A stretch of DNA of 64,000 bases from an uncultured Shewanella sp. (GTDB lineage Bacteria; Pseudomonadota; Gammaproteobacteria; Enterobacterales; Shewanellaceae), in assembly GCF_947491715.1 (NCBI RefSeq), contig NZ_CANLKR010000012.1, positions 44,501 through 108,500 of the forward strand, read 5' to 3'. The notes beneath the pieces are model-generated. The model did no database searches. It saw only the letters and a list, made by a program, of their open reading frames with translations, and was not told where the DNA came from. Both the position numbers and the translations under genes were made by a program. Below, one piece after another: positions 30,814-40,491 of the stretch (position 1 is its first letter; the number at the start of each line of letters is the position of its first letter).

Positions 30814-31686
30814 TTAAACATGAGGTAAAAAAGTATCCAACACTTTTTGCTGCAGCCGCTTACCATCGGGATCAGTTTGCGTTTTGATATGACAAAAGTC
30901 CTCTGCCCATTGTGAAGTTCTCATACGCACTGGTGGGCTATCCATGACGATACAATCAAGCACCACTTGTGCGACTTCTTCACTCGTTTGATACACACCA
31001 TCATCACTTCGATTTTTCGCACCTTGAATATACTGCTCTATAATGGGTCTATATTCATCATCCCGCATGCCACCTGCTTCTTGAAATTGACTCAAGGCAT
31101 TATTGGCAAACTCCGACACTATCCCACCAGGTTCAACAAGTGTAAAACTCACATTGAAACAAGGCTGAATGTAACTCGCCATCGACTCAGTGTACCCTTC
31201 AACGGCAAACTTAGCTGCGCAATAAATCTCATTAAAAGGCTGACCCACCAATCCTCCCACAGAGGAAATGTTAATAATATGCCCCGTTCTTGCTTCACGC
31301 ATCTTAGGCAATACAGCTTTCGTGCAGCGAATAACCCCCAATAAATTGACATCCAACGCCCACTTGATCTCTTCTTCTGTCGCTTGCTCTGTGGTTCTGA
31401 TAAAACCTGCTCCCGCATTATTAACGAGAACATCGATTTTACCCACTTTTTGTAAAATCGCATTAATGCAAGTTTGAACGCTACTCGACTCCTCTACATC
31501 AAGCTGTTTAACAATCAGTTCTTCGCCTATTTTAATACCCTGTTTGTGTGCTTCATCCAATAACGCTCGATTTTTATCAAGGTTTCTCATCGTGGCATAG
31601 GTCACCATCCCCTGTTTTGCTAACATGATTGATAAATGCAGCCCTAACCCTGTCGATGCGCCCGTTACTACAGCAACTTTAGCCAT
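30814..31686 (-). CDS. short-chain dehydrogenase/reductase (SDR)
   Basis: VAVVTGASTGLG, NNAG and the YCAAK catalytic motif. Start at 31686 or 31698. Confidence 0.85.
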   Translation of the reverse strand: MAKVAVVTGASTGLGLHLSIMLAKQGMVTYATMRNLDKNRALLDEAHKQGIKIGEELIVKQLDVEESSSVQTCINAILQKVGKIDVLVNNAGAGFIRTTEQATEEEIKWALDVNLLGVIRCTKAVLPKMREARTGHIINISSVGGLVGQPFNEIYCAAKFAVEGYTESMASYIQPCFNVSFTLVEPGGIVSEFANNALSQFQEAGGMRDDEYRPIIEQYIQGAKNRSDDGVYQTSEEVAQVVLDCIVMDSPPVRMRTSQWAEDFCHIKTQTDPDGKRLQQKVLDTFLPHV

Positions 31687-31904
31687 TGCTAACTCCATAA
31701 TTGATGAATACTCACAATGATTAAGCAAATTACGCCTTATCGATATAAAATACGATATAAAAATCGTTAATATTCACCCAATATCACATTAATTTTTTCA
31801 TTTCCCTGAACTTGCACAAGTCTCAATCACTACTTACCCTTAAATTATTCCTCAAGCGGTTTCGCATAGTCGTATGGCTGCATCTCTCTATCTGAAGGCA
31901 ATCA

Positions 31905-33026
31905 ATGGAAAATGAACAGGCATTTTTACAGTTTTGTGCAATTAAAAAGAGTTATGACCGCCACCAGTTGGTCGTTAAAGATTTTAATTTAAACATTGCA
32001 GCAGGTGAATTTGTCACCTTACTGGGTCCATCAGGATCAGGAAAAACCTCTGTATTAATGCTAGTCGCCGGATTTGAAGGGGTAACCAGTGGTGACATTT
32101 TACTGAATGGGCACTCAATAAAACGCCTTGCTCCACATGAACGTAATATTGGTATGGTATTTCAAAATTACGCCCTTTTTCCTCACATGACGGTATCACA
32201 AAATCTTGCTTACCCTTTAAAAGTCAGGAAGTGGTCAAAAAAACGACGTGCCCAGCAAGTTAACACCTTTCTGGAAATGATTGAACTCACTGATTTTTCG
32301 CACCGATACCCCAGTCAACTCTCCGGAGGACAAAAACAGCGTGTCGCGTTAGCCAGAGCACTTATTTTTGAACCAAGCTTAGTCTTAATGGATGAGCCAC
32401 TAGGAGCATTAGATAAAAAGCTTCGAGAGCAAATGCAACTTGAAATCACTCAATTACATCAAAAGCTCAAATTTACTGTCTTATACGTGACGCACGATCA
32501 AGAAGAAGCATTAACCATGTCAGATAGGATCGCCGTCTTTAATCAAGGTGTTGTACAACAGTGCGCCAAACCCCAAATGTTATATGAGCAACCCAGTAAT
32601 GCATTTGTCGCAGGCTTTATTGGTGAAAACAATATCTTGGTAGGCCATTGTATACGTCAAGAAACACAACAGACGAAGATTAAGCTCTCGAATAATCAGC
32701 ATATCAATGTCAGCACCAATCAAACATTACAACCCAATCAAGCCTGCATCATCTCAATTCGTCCCGAAAAAATCATTATGTCCCCCATAAATACCGCATC
32801 AAAAGACATTCAAGCCAACGCATTAATTGCCACATTCTCTTTTAAACATTTTGTTGGTGATTACATTCGTTATTATTTCCAACTCAGTCATGAAGATAGT
32901 CCTAAAAAGCAAACCATTATTGTGAAAAGCCTCAACACTCACCACCCACAGAACTTAGCCCCACAGGATAAAATGCAGTTAACTTGGCCTATGGAGCATG
33001 CACATATCTTTCCACTAGAAAGATAA
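31905..33026 (+). CDS. ABC transporter ATP-binding protein (PotA/PotG-like)
   Basis: Walker A GPSGSGKT, signature LSGGQKQR and Walker B LVLMDEP, with a C-terminal TOBE-like region. Confidence 0.9.
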   Translation: MENEQAFLQFCAIKKSYDRHQLVVKDFNLNIAAGEFVTLLGPSGSGKTSVLMLVAGFEGVTSGDILLNGHSIKRLAPHERNIGMVFQNYALFPHMTVSQNLAYPLKVRKWSKKRRAQQVNTFLEMIELTDFSHRYPSQLSGGQKQRVALARALIFEPSLVLMDEPLGALDKKLREQMQLEITQLHQKLKFTVLYVTHDQEEALTMSDRIAVFNQGVVQQCAKPQMLYEQPSNAFVAGFIGENNILVGHCIRQETQQTKIKLSNNQHINVSTNQTLQPNQACIISIRPEKIIMSPINTASKDIQANALIATFSFKHFVGDYIRYYFQLSHEDSPKKQTIIVKSLNTHHPQNLAPQDKMQLTWPMEHAHIFPLER

Positions 33027-33107
33027 AAAAACCGTCATTGTGTCTAAAGACTGGCAAAAATAAACTACACTCCAAAGAGTTTATGTACATCGATTAAGGA
33101 AAAACTA

Positions 33108-34172
33108 ATGCAACACTCAGTGATGTTCTCCCTACTCCTTTTTCTTAACCAATTCATTTTCTCTGCTTTTGCTGAAGACTCCCCCTTAACGGTTGTCTCT
33201 TTTGGCGGTGCTTATGGTGCCACACAGAAAAAACACATGATCGATCCCTATGTGGCCAAAACAAAAAAAACAATATTATTTGACAATTATTCTGGGGGTG
33301 TGGCAGAAATGAAGGCGCAGGTCGAGGCCAATAAAATTCTTTGGGATGTGGTCGATATTGAAGCCATTGATTTAGAGCGCGCCTGCAGTGAAGGGTTACT
33401 TGAAGTGATCCCCAAAAGCATTTTACACAAAGGCACTAATGGTACCCCCGCCGAGCAAGATTTCTTACCCGAAGCCCTAGCGAACGAGTGTGGTATTGGG
33501 ATCATGGTTTGGGCTAATATTTTTGCCTTTAATACAAAAACTATCGGAAAAACGCCCCCCACCAGCATTAGTGATATCTTTGATACACAGAAAATTCCCG
33601 GTAAACGTGCGTTTCGTAAGCGCCCACAAGTCAACTTAGAGTGGGCACTGCTGGCCGATGGCGTCCCCAAAGAAAAAATCTACCAAATCCTAGCCACAGA
33701 AAAAGGCCAACAAAGAGCCTTTGCTAAACTCGATACCATTAAAAAGGACATTATCTGGTTTAACAGTTGGTCTCAAGCCCCCCAACTGCTCAATGATGGC
33801 GGTGCCGTTATTGTTCAATCTGCCAATGGCCGCATTTATGATGCCATAGCAAAAGATAAAAAGCCTTTTCAAATAGTCTGGGATGGCAATTTATATGATC
33901 TGGATGTGTGGTCGATTGTCAAAGGCACTCAACATAAGCAAGCCGCCTTGGATTTTATCGCATTCGCCACAAATTCCAAGCCCTTAGCTGGTATGGCTGA
34001 TATTGCTTACGGTCCCACCAGAAAATCATCAATGGCCTTTGTTTCATCTGATGTACTCCCATTTTTACCCAGCTCACACATGCCAAAAGGGATAAAAGTC
34101 GATTCGCTTTTTTGGAGTGATTATGGTGAGTCTTTAGGCGTCAAATTCAACCAATGGTTATTGGAGAAATAG
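33108..34172 (+). CDS. ABC transporter periplasmic substrate-binding protein (PotD/PotF-like), copy 1
   Basis: Signal peptide and family-1 SBP size. Operon context. Confidence 0.75.
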   Translation: MQHSVMFSLLLFLNQFIFSAFAEDSPLTVVSFGGAYGATQKKHMIDPYVAKTKKTILFDNYSGGVAEMKAQVEANKILWDVVDIEAIDLERACSEGLLEVIPKSILHKGTNGTPAEQDFLPEALANECGIGIMVWANIFAFNTKTIGKTPPTSISDIFDTQKIPGKRAFRKRPQVNLEWALLADGVPKEKIYQILATEKGQQRAFAKLDTIKKDIIWFNSWSQAPQLLNDGGAVIVQSANGRIYDAIAKDKKPFQIVWDGNLYDLDVWSIVKGTQHKQAALDFIAFATNSKPLAGMADIAYGPTRKSSMAFVSSDVLPFLPSSHMPKGIKVDSLFWSDYGESLGVKFNQWLLEK

Positions 34173-34340
34173 CCCGTTTTATTAGCTTAACGAATTATTG
34201 GGTTATTGAATGACTCAATTAACGACTTAGCGAAACGCCAAATGAGTGGATGATTCGATTAACGCATAGCTGAAATGAGCAGATGATTGGCCACTCATTC
34301 ACCAATAACATCACCGCCCCCAGAATAAGGCTCAGCCAAT

Positions 34341-35411
34341 ATGGCACATATTTTTTTCAAAGTCATTGCTATTCTCTTTATTCATTTATTTGGCCTTATC
34401 TCTGTCAGTTTCGCAGAAGAAAACGAGCTCACTGTCGTTTCTTTTGGAGGTGCTTATGGAGCCATACAGAAAAAATACATGATTGATCCTTATATGGAGC
34501 AAACTCAAAATACCTTATTATTTGATAGCTATTCTGGTGGCGTGGCAGAAATTAAGGCGCAAGTAAAAGCCCAAAAAATACTATGGGATGTCGTGGATAT
34601 TGAAGCCATTGATTTAGAACGTGCTTGCAGTGAAGGTTTGTTAGAAGTGATCCCAAGGAGTATTTTACCCAAAGGCAGTAACGGCACAGCTGCTACACAA
34701 GATTTTTTACCTGACGCTTTAACCAATGAATGCGGAGTCGGTGTTATTATTTGGGCAAATATTTTTGCTTTTAACACGAAAACCATTGGCAACATTCATC
34801 CAAAAACAATCAAAGATATCTTCAACACCAAAAAAATCCCCGGTAAACGCGCCTTACGTAAACGACCACAAGTGAATTTAGAGTGGGCGCTACTTGCTGA
34901 TGGTGTACCTAAGGAAAAACTCTATGAAGTACTGGCTACAGAAGCAGGTCAACAAAGAGCCTTTGCTAAACTCGATACCATAAAAGATGACATTATCTGG
35001 TTTAACAGCTGGTCTCAAGCCCCTCAACTGCTCAATGATGGTGGTGCAGTGATCGTTCAATCTGCAAACGGGCGTATTTTTGATGCGATAACAAAAGATA
35101 AAAAGCCTTTTCAAATCGTCTGGGATGGCAATTTATATGATCTTGATGTGTGGTCAATTGTCAAAGGCAGCGAACATAAAAAAGAAGCGCTGAATTTTAT
35201 TGCTTTTGCAACAAGTACTCGACCATTAGCAGGATTGGCCAATATAGCATATGCCCCCACCAGAAAATCCTCAATGGCTTACGTCTCTTCCAGTATCTTG
35301 CCCTTTTTACCGACCTCACATATAAAACAAGGTCTCAAAGCCAATTCTCTCTTTTGGAGTGATTATGGTGAATCTTTAGGCGTCAAATTTAACCAGTGGT
35401 TATTAAAATAA
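34341..35411 (+). CDS. ABC transporter periplasmic substrate-binding protein, tandem paralogue (copy 2)
   Basis: Collinear with copy 1 and identical at most positions by eye (for example ILWDVVDIEAIDLERACSEGLLEVIP and SWSQAPQLLNDGGAVIVQSANGRI). Confidence 0.75.
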   Translation: MAHIFFKVIAILFIHLFGLISVSFAEENELTVVSFGGAYGAIQKKYMIDPYMEQTQNTLLFDSYSGGVAEIKAQVKAQKILWDVVDIEAIDLERACSEGLLEVIPRSILPKGSNGTAATQDFLPDALTNECGVGVIIWANIFAFNTKTIGNIHPKTIKDIFNTKKIPGKRALRKRPQVNLEWALLADGVPKEKLYEVLATEAGQQRAFAKLDTIKDDIIWFNSWSQAPQLLNDGGAVIVQSANGRIFDAITKDKKPFQIVWDGNLYDLDVWSIVKGSEHKKEALNFIAFATSTRPLAGLANIAYAPTRKSSMAYVSSSILPFLPTSHIKQGLKANSLFWSDYGESLGVKFNQWLLK

Positions 35412-35412
35412 C

Positions 35413-36675
35413 ATGAAGTCACAACATCAGCACTCTTCACACTATACCGTCCTTTCTGCAGATGAAAAAGCCGCCGCTCGTGCAGAGCATCACCGCCATC
35501 AATGGCTAGCTTTTTCACTGACGCTTCCCTTAATTTGCTTTCTCGTTTTTAGCTTTATTGCACCTATTGCAACACTCTTATTTCGTAGTGTTTATCATCC
35601 TAATGTACAACAATTAATACCTCAAACCATCGCATTACTGAATCAGTGGCAAGGTGATAAACTGCCCAATGAACAAGTGATGACCCAGATGGCGCTTGAA
35701 TTAAAAGTACTTGCCAAAGAAAGGAAAGCCGGTCAATTGGCACAAGAAGTCAATCGAAATTTACCTGGCGCTGCCTCTTCAATCAAAATCAGTGCAAGGA
35801 AATTAGGTAAAATAGACGACGCAATATTATTACATCAAGGCCAAGATTATTTATTCAATAGTCATCCTAACTGGAAAAACAAAGCCATTTGGACAGCCAT
35901 TAAAGAGGCAGGTCAAGTTATAACGGCCCAATATTATTTAACCGCTTTAAGCCTTGAAAGCACAGTGCAAGGACACATCCAATTCAAGCCAGAAAACAAA
36001 CTTTATATTGATTTGTTTTTTAAAACCTTAAAAATGGCATTCATTGTCACCAGTTTGACATTAATATTAGGCTACCCATTAGCCTATTACTTAGCACATG
36101 TTCCAAGTCGCACAGCCAATATCTTATTTATCTTCGTCTTATTACCCTTTTGGACATCCATACTGGTCAGAACCACAGCTTGGATTGCACTATTACAAAG
36201 CCATGGTGTAATAAATTCAACGCTACTTTGGCTTAATATTATTCAACAGCCCTTACCATTACTATACAATCAATTTTCAACCATTTTGGTCATGACACAT
36301 ATTCTATTACCTTTAATGATCTTACCCCTATATTCAGTAATGAAAAGTATTGACCCTTGCTATGTCCGCGCCGCAGGTTCATTAGGTGCAAAGCCAATTC
36401 GGATTTTCTGTACCGTCTATTTCCCCATGACATTATCAGGAGTCAGCGCCGGTATATTATTAGTATTCATTCTCTTTATTGGCTATTTTATTACTCCTGC
36501 ATTAGTCGGAGGAACCGATGGCCAACTTATTTCTAATATTATTGCGTTTCACATGCAAAAATCCAATAACTGGGCTCTGGCTTCTGCACTAGGAGCCTTA
36601 CTGCTCTTATTTATTATTATACTTTATTGGGTTTTTGACCGATTAACCGATCCCAATAAGCTGAAATTGGTATAA
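35413..36675 (+). CDS. ABC transporter permease (PotB-like, extended N-terminus)
   Basis: Polytopic, with the EAA-type loop region SIDPCYVRAAGSLGA. Confidence 0.8.
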   Translation: MKSQHQHSSHYTVLSADEKAAARAEHHRHQWLAFSLTLPLICFLVFSFIAPIATLLFRSVYHPNVQQLIPQTIALLNQWQGDKLPNEQVMTQMALELKVLAKERKAGQLAQEVNRNLPGAASSIKISARKLGKIDDAILLHQGQDYLFNSHPNWKNKAIWTAIKEAGQVITAQYYLTALSLESTVQGHIQFKPENKLYIDLFFKTLKMAFIVTSLTLILGYPLAYYLAHVPSRTANILFIFVLLPFWTSILVRTTAWIALLQSHGVINSTLLWLNIIQQPLPLLYNQFSTILVMTHILLPLMILPLYSVMKSIDPCYVRAAGSLGAKPIRIFCTVYFPMTLSGVSAGILLVFILFIGYFITPALVGGTDGQLISNIIAFHMQKSNNWALASALGALLLLFIIILYWVFDRLTDPNKLKLV

Positions 36676-36679
36676 CATT

Positions 36680-37528
36680 ATGGCTCATTACCCTAGCTAT
36701 TATAAGATGTCACAAAAGCTATTTTTTATTATATTAAAGCTCTTTTCTTTTTTAGTTCTATTTTTTCTAATCTTACCTCTACTTATTGTGATCCCACTAT
36801 CCTTTAATGCCGAGCCCTATTTTAGCTTCACTCAAAGCATGCTCAATCTAGACCCCCAAGCCTATTCACTAAAATGGTACCAAGCCTTTTTTACCACTCC
36901 AATTTGGCTAACGGCCATTAAAAATAGCCTCTTCGTTGCCGTGATCAGCACTCTTCTGGCCACTGTGCTCGGCACACTTGCCGCTTTGGGGTTAAATGCG
37001 AATACCATGCCTTTCAAACGATTCATTATGGCACTTTTTTTATCCCCTATGATCGTTCCTCTGATTATCACTGCGGCGGGCATGTTTTTCTTCTATGCAA
37101 AATTCAACCTTGTTGGCAGCTATTTAGGCTTAATACTCGCGCACACTTCATTAGGGATCCCGTTTGTCATCATTACAGTCTGCGCAGCATTAAAAAGCTT
37201 TGATCAAAGCTTATATAATGCCGCACGCTTATGTGGCGCGACCCCCTTAAAAGCATTTTTTACGGTCACCTTTGTGCTGATTAAACCCGGTGTGCTATCA
37301 GGTGCACTCTTTGCTTTTGTCACCTCTCTCGATGAAATCGTATTAGTGCTTTTTTTAGCTGGCCCCGAGCAACGTACCATTCCAAGGCAAATGTTCTCTG
37401 GCCTAAGAGAGCAAATCAACCCTACCATACTTGCGGTTTCCAGCTTGCTGACCTTAACAACACTTTTACTCCTCATTACCATTTTAGTCGTACGTCATAA
37501 AGAAAAAGCACATGTGAACCATGAATGA
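36680..37528 (+). CDS. ABC transporter permease (PotC-like)
   Basis: Polytopic, with the EAA loop SFDQSLYNAARLCGA. Confidence 0.8.
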   Translation: MAHYPSYYKMSQKLFFIILKLFSFLVLFFLILPLLIVIPLSFNAEPYFSFTQSMLNLDPQAYSLKWYQAFFTTPIWLTAIKNSLFVAVISTLLATVLGTLAALGLNANTMPFKRFIMALFLSPMIVPLIITAAGMFFFYAKFNLVGSYLGLILAHTSLGIPFVIITVCAALKSFDQSLYNAARLCGATPLKAFFTVTFVLIKPGVLSGALFAFVTSLDEIVLVLFLAGPEQRTIPRQMFSGLREQINPTILAVSSLLTLTTLLLLITILVVRHKEKAHVNHE

Positions 37529-37624
37529 TTCATGCCATAGGTATATTCATTTCAAAAAGCATCAAAAACGCACAACACATTAAGGGTGCTATTATCTACT
37601 TTTTAAAATCAACTTCTTATACCG

Positions 37625-37864
37625 CTAGTCATCTTCAGGTAAATCCTCAAATTGCGCTTTTATATTATCAAACCAAGCTTGCATTTCAGTGGGGTTTTGC
37701 ATCAGGATATTGACTTTCGCCATCGCCTGTACATGCGCAGCATCTTGCTTTTTCAGCATGTCCATACCGTGCTGTTTACTCAGCTCAACCAGCTCCTCAA
37801 AGGTATTGGCACTAAAGGTTTTCTTACAGGCCCCACCCAGCTGTTTACAATTCATGGTTTTCAT
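37625..37864 (-). CDS. DUF1059 small protein
   Basis: NCKQLGGACKKTFSANTFEELVELSKQHG is the typical DUF1059 N-terminus. Confidence 0.6.
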   Translation of the reverse strand: MKTMNCKQLGGACKKTFSANTFEELVELSKQHGMDMLKKQDAAHVQAMAKVNILMQNPTEMQAWFDNIKAQFEDLPEDD

Positions 37865-38244
37865 TAGTTGTCCCTTTGTATGTTAAATGAGATTACTGCC
37901 ATAAAAATACTTAGAGTATGGGTAACCAAACTGACTATTAATTATAGCCTGGTAAATTCCTTTGATTAATCTTGTGCAATGTATTGATGACATCGTTTGA
38001 ATTTTACCAGGTACATATTTTCATATGAAAAAGAAAAAAGGATCATTCATACTTAATACGCATATTGACTAGAGGTCAATATTACAACAAAACGAAGGTA
38101 TGCTGCCTCTGATATGAACATTTACAATCCATTATCTATCTTTTTAACCCCTTATAAGAACGGAGCTTTGAGTCTCCCCGCTAATAGTCCTTTATTATGA
38201 CTAGAGCACTAGAGACGATAAGGGTCAAAGTACTCACATCACAG

Positions 38245-39003
38245 TCAATGACCCTTTCTAGCCGCATTCTGTGGCAACATAAGAACAAGAAAAATTATCG
38301 TTAGAATGAGTACACCGGAAGCAGTATATCGACTGAGTGCTAATCCTCCATGAACAACAGGTTTATCGAGAAAATCCCCCACAACAGCGCCTAAAGGGCG
38401 AGTAAGCACAAAAGCCAGCCAAAATAACAATGTTCTCGACATGCTAGTGAAGTAATAGATAGCAATAATTAAGCACAACCCAGCACCAAAAATATAAGCG
38501 GCCCCCACATACCCAAGGCCTGCAGTATCGGCAGTCCAATCCCCAAGCGCTGTGCCTAATGTCTGAGAAAACATTATTGTCAGCCAATAAAACATTTCAG
38601 CTTTGGGCTCTGATACTGAGCCGACATGAATAGAACCTAATGTACGCTGCCAAGCAAAAAGGGTCAGGGCTAACAAAGTGATTAATATTAACGATCCCCC
38701 TAAGTAACCAATCCCTAGAGAACGGTCAACAAAATCGGCTAGCGTGGTGCCAAGCGTGGTTGAAGCAATAATGGTGACCCAATATAAAAATGGATGAAAA
38801 CGATTAGCCTTAATTTGTGCAAAAACAACGATGATAAAGAAAGCAATAAATATCCCAGTCCCCAGTAAATAGCCCATATTCATTGACATCGATACAGCAT
38901 CACCACCGGTTTCTCCAAGTGTAGTGGCAAGTATTTTTATCACCCAAAAACCAAGCGTCACAGCCGGTACTTTACTTAATACTTGTTTCGTATCAGTATT
39001 CAT
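38245..39003 (-). CDS. integral membrane protein with internal repeats (COG4705-like)
   Basis: Repeated ...TTLGETGGD / TTLADFVDR / QTLGTALGDW / RPLGAVVGDF helix-end motifs. The start is uncertain (39003 or 39027). Confidence 0.5.
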   Translation of the reverse strand: MNTDTKQVLSKVPAVTLGFWVIKILATTLGETGGDAVSMSMNMGYLLGTGIFIAFFIIVVFAQIKANRFHPFLYWVTIIASTTLGTTLADFVDRSLGIGYLGGSLILITLLALTLFAWQRTLGSIHVGSVSEPKAEMFYWLTIMFSQTLGTALGDWTADTAGLGYVGAAYIFGAGLCLIIAIYYFTSMSRTLLFWLAFVLTRPLGAVVGDFLDKPVVHGGLALSRYTASGVLILTIIFLVLMLPQNAARKGH

Positions 39004-39140
39004 ATCGTTTATTTCCTTCCTCATCACTCATTCAATGAATACTAACAAAATAATCTATCTCCTTATTTATATTTTTGTTCATTAAATTTAATCAATTATC
39101 ATCAATAAATCAGATGGTTATTGTTACACAATGTAAACAA

Positions 39141-40373
39141 CTAATCTTTGTCATTCCGATGAAGCTTAATCACAAGCCGATAGAATTCATCACGTGAAAT
39201 GAGTCCATTATCATCAAAATCTGCATATTGAAACATACTCTTCATCTCTAAATTTGTTATTTTAGGGTTAATCGTATTGACACAAGAATAAAACTCATCG
39301 GATGTAATTTGACCGTCATTATCTTGGTCGAACATCGAAAAAAATTCACCAATCGTTGGCGATAAACAAGCCTCACCTAAGTCCATTTCCATAATTTCAA
39401 CAAATTTCTGAAAACCAATTCCCATTGAACCACTTTGATTAACCTTGCCAAGATGCGTAATAAGGTCTTGTATTTTTTCGATAGAATATCGCTTCCCCGA
39501 AGACTCCAATAAAATAATCAGCTCTTGCATATCTAAATCCCCACTACCATCAACATCAAGTTGACCAAACAAGGTTCGATATTCCTCCTCCTTTTCTTGA
39601 GAAATCTGATGGGACAATAATGCTTGCTTCCCATCATTCATTAGATAACCAAATTGTTGCCAAGCTTTTAGTTCACTGTGGAACAATAACCATAGCGTAT
39701 TAGGATCTCGACCAAACATCATTTTTCCTGTTGCCGGATCAATACGAGTCATGAGATCAAATCGACAAGAAGATCCATGCATAAATTCAATTTCTTCAGC
39801 TGTTGATTGCCGCCTTAGCAGGTCATTTCTATGTGGAAAATGGCCAAATGTCTGAATGACCTCAAAATGCTTCACAAAAATAGAGCGAAACCCATGAAAC
39901 GCAATAGGTAAACGTGGTTCAATTTTTAAATAATGTTGCACACACTGCTTTTGAGACTCAAGATCTTCAATGTGGGTGAGGATCAATCCTGGAAGAAATA
40001 ACTGATGGACAGGTGAAAGAACCGACTGCCAATCATGTGATTGATTAACAATCGCTAAAGCAACCTCTTCACCTGCAAACATATCGATACTGTCACGATA
40101 AATGTTACGTGGGAATTGATCCACAAGGATCATTAATCCCACGCAGCCAATTGGAGATTGCATCCAATGATTATAATAACCTTCAATTGCTTTCTCCACA
40201 TGCTGATGAAAATGCTCGCGAATATCTCGATCAATTTTCGCACTCTTTTTAAACCAACACTCTACGCACTTTAACGCATTTGGCTCACCATTCTGATCTT
40301 TAATAAACATATAATGAATAAGAGACTCAATTAAATTGTGATCAACTTGGGTTAATTGCTTCTTCATCTTCAC
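39141..40373 (-). CDS. DUF924-domain protein fused to C-terminal EF-hand calcium-binding motifs
   Basis: The N-half has a DUF924-like pattern (WFKKS...DRDI...ILVDQFPRNIYR). The C-half has three canonical 12-residue EF loops: DVDGSGDLDMQE, DQDNDGQITSDE and DFDDNGLISRDE. Confidence 0.6.
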   Translation of the reverse strand: MKMKKQLTQVDHNLIESLIHYMFIKDQNGEPNALKCVECWFKKSAKIDRDIREHFHQHVEKAIEGYYNHWMQSPIGCVGLMILVDQFPRNIYRDSIDMFAGEEVALAIVNQSHDWQSVLSPVHQLFLPGLILTHIEDLESQKQCVQHYLKIEPRLPIAFHGFRSIFVKHFEVIQTFGHFPHRNDLLRRQSTAEEIEFMHGSSCRFDLMTRIDPATGKMMFGRDPNTLWLLFHSELKAWQQFGYLMNDGKQALLSHQISQEKEEEYRTLFGQLDVDGSGDLDMQELIILLESSGKRYSIEKIQDLITHLGKVNQSGSMGIGFQKFVEIMEMDLGEACLSPTIGEFFSMFDQDNDGQITSDEFYSCVNTINPKITNLEMKSMFQYADFDDNGLISRDEFYRLVIKLHRNDKD

Positions 40374-40491
40374 TCCATCATCTCTTTGAACATGTTAATA
40401 CCATGCTAACTCAGATCTCATTTATTCATACCACCATTCCATTTTTTTGAATAAAAGCCACTGGCATACTTTACCAACAAAGCCCCCCTAA

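Noticed and set aside
38062-38082. The palindrome ATATTGAC-N5-GTCAATAT, and a 12-bp inverted repeat at about 37948-38013, as operator or riboswitch candidates.
   Set aside because: Both are isolated and sit between the 3' end of one gene and the 5' end of another, with no identifiable regulator. The evidence is insufficient for a call.
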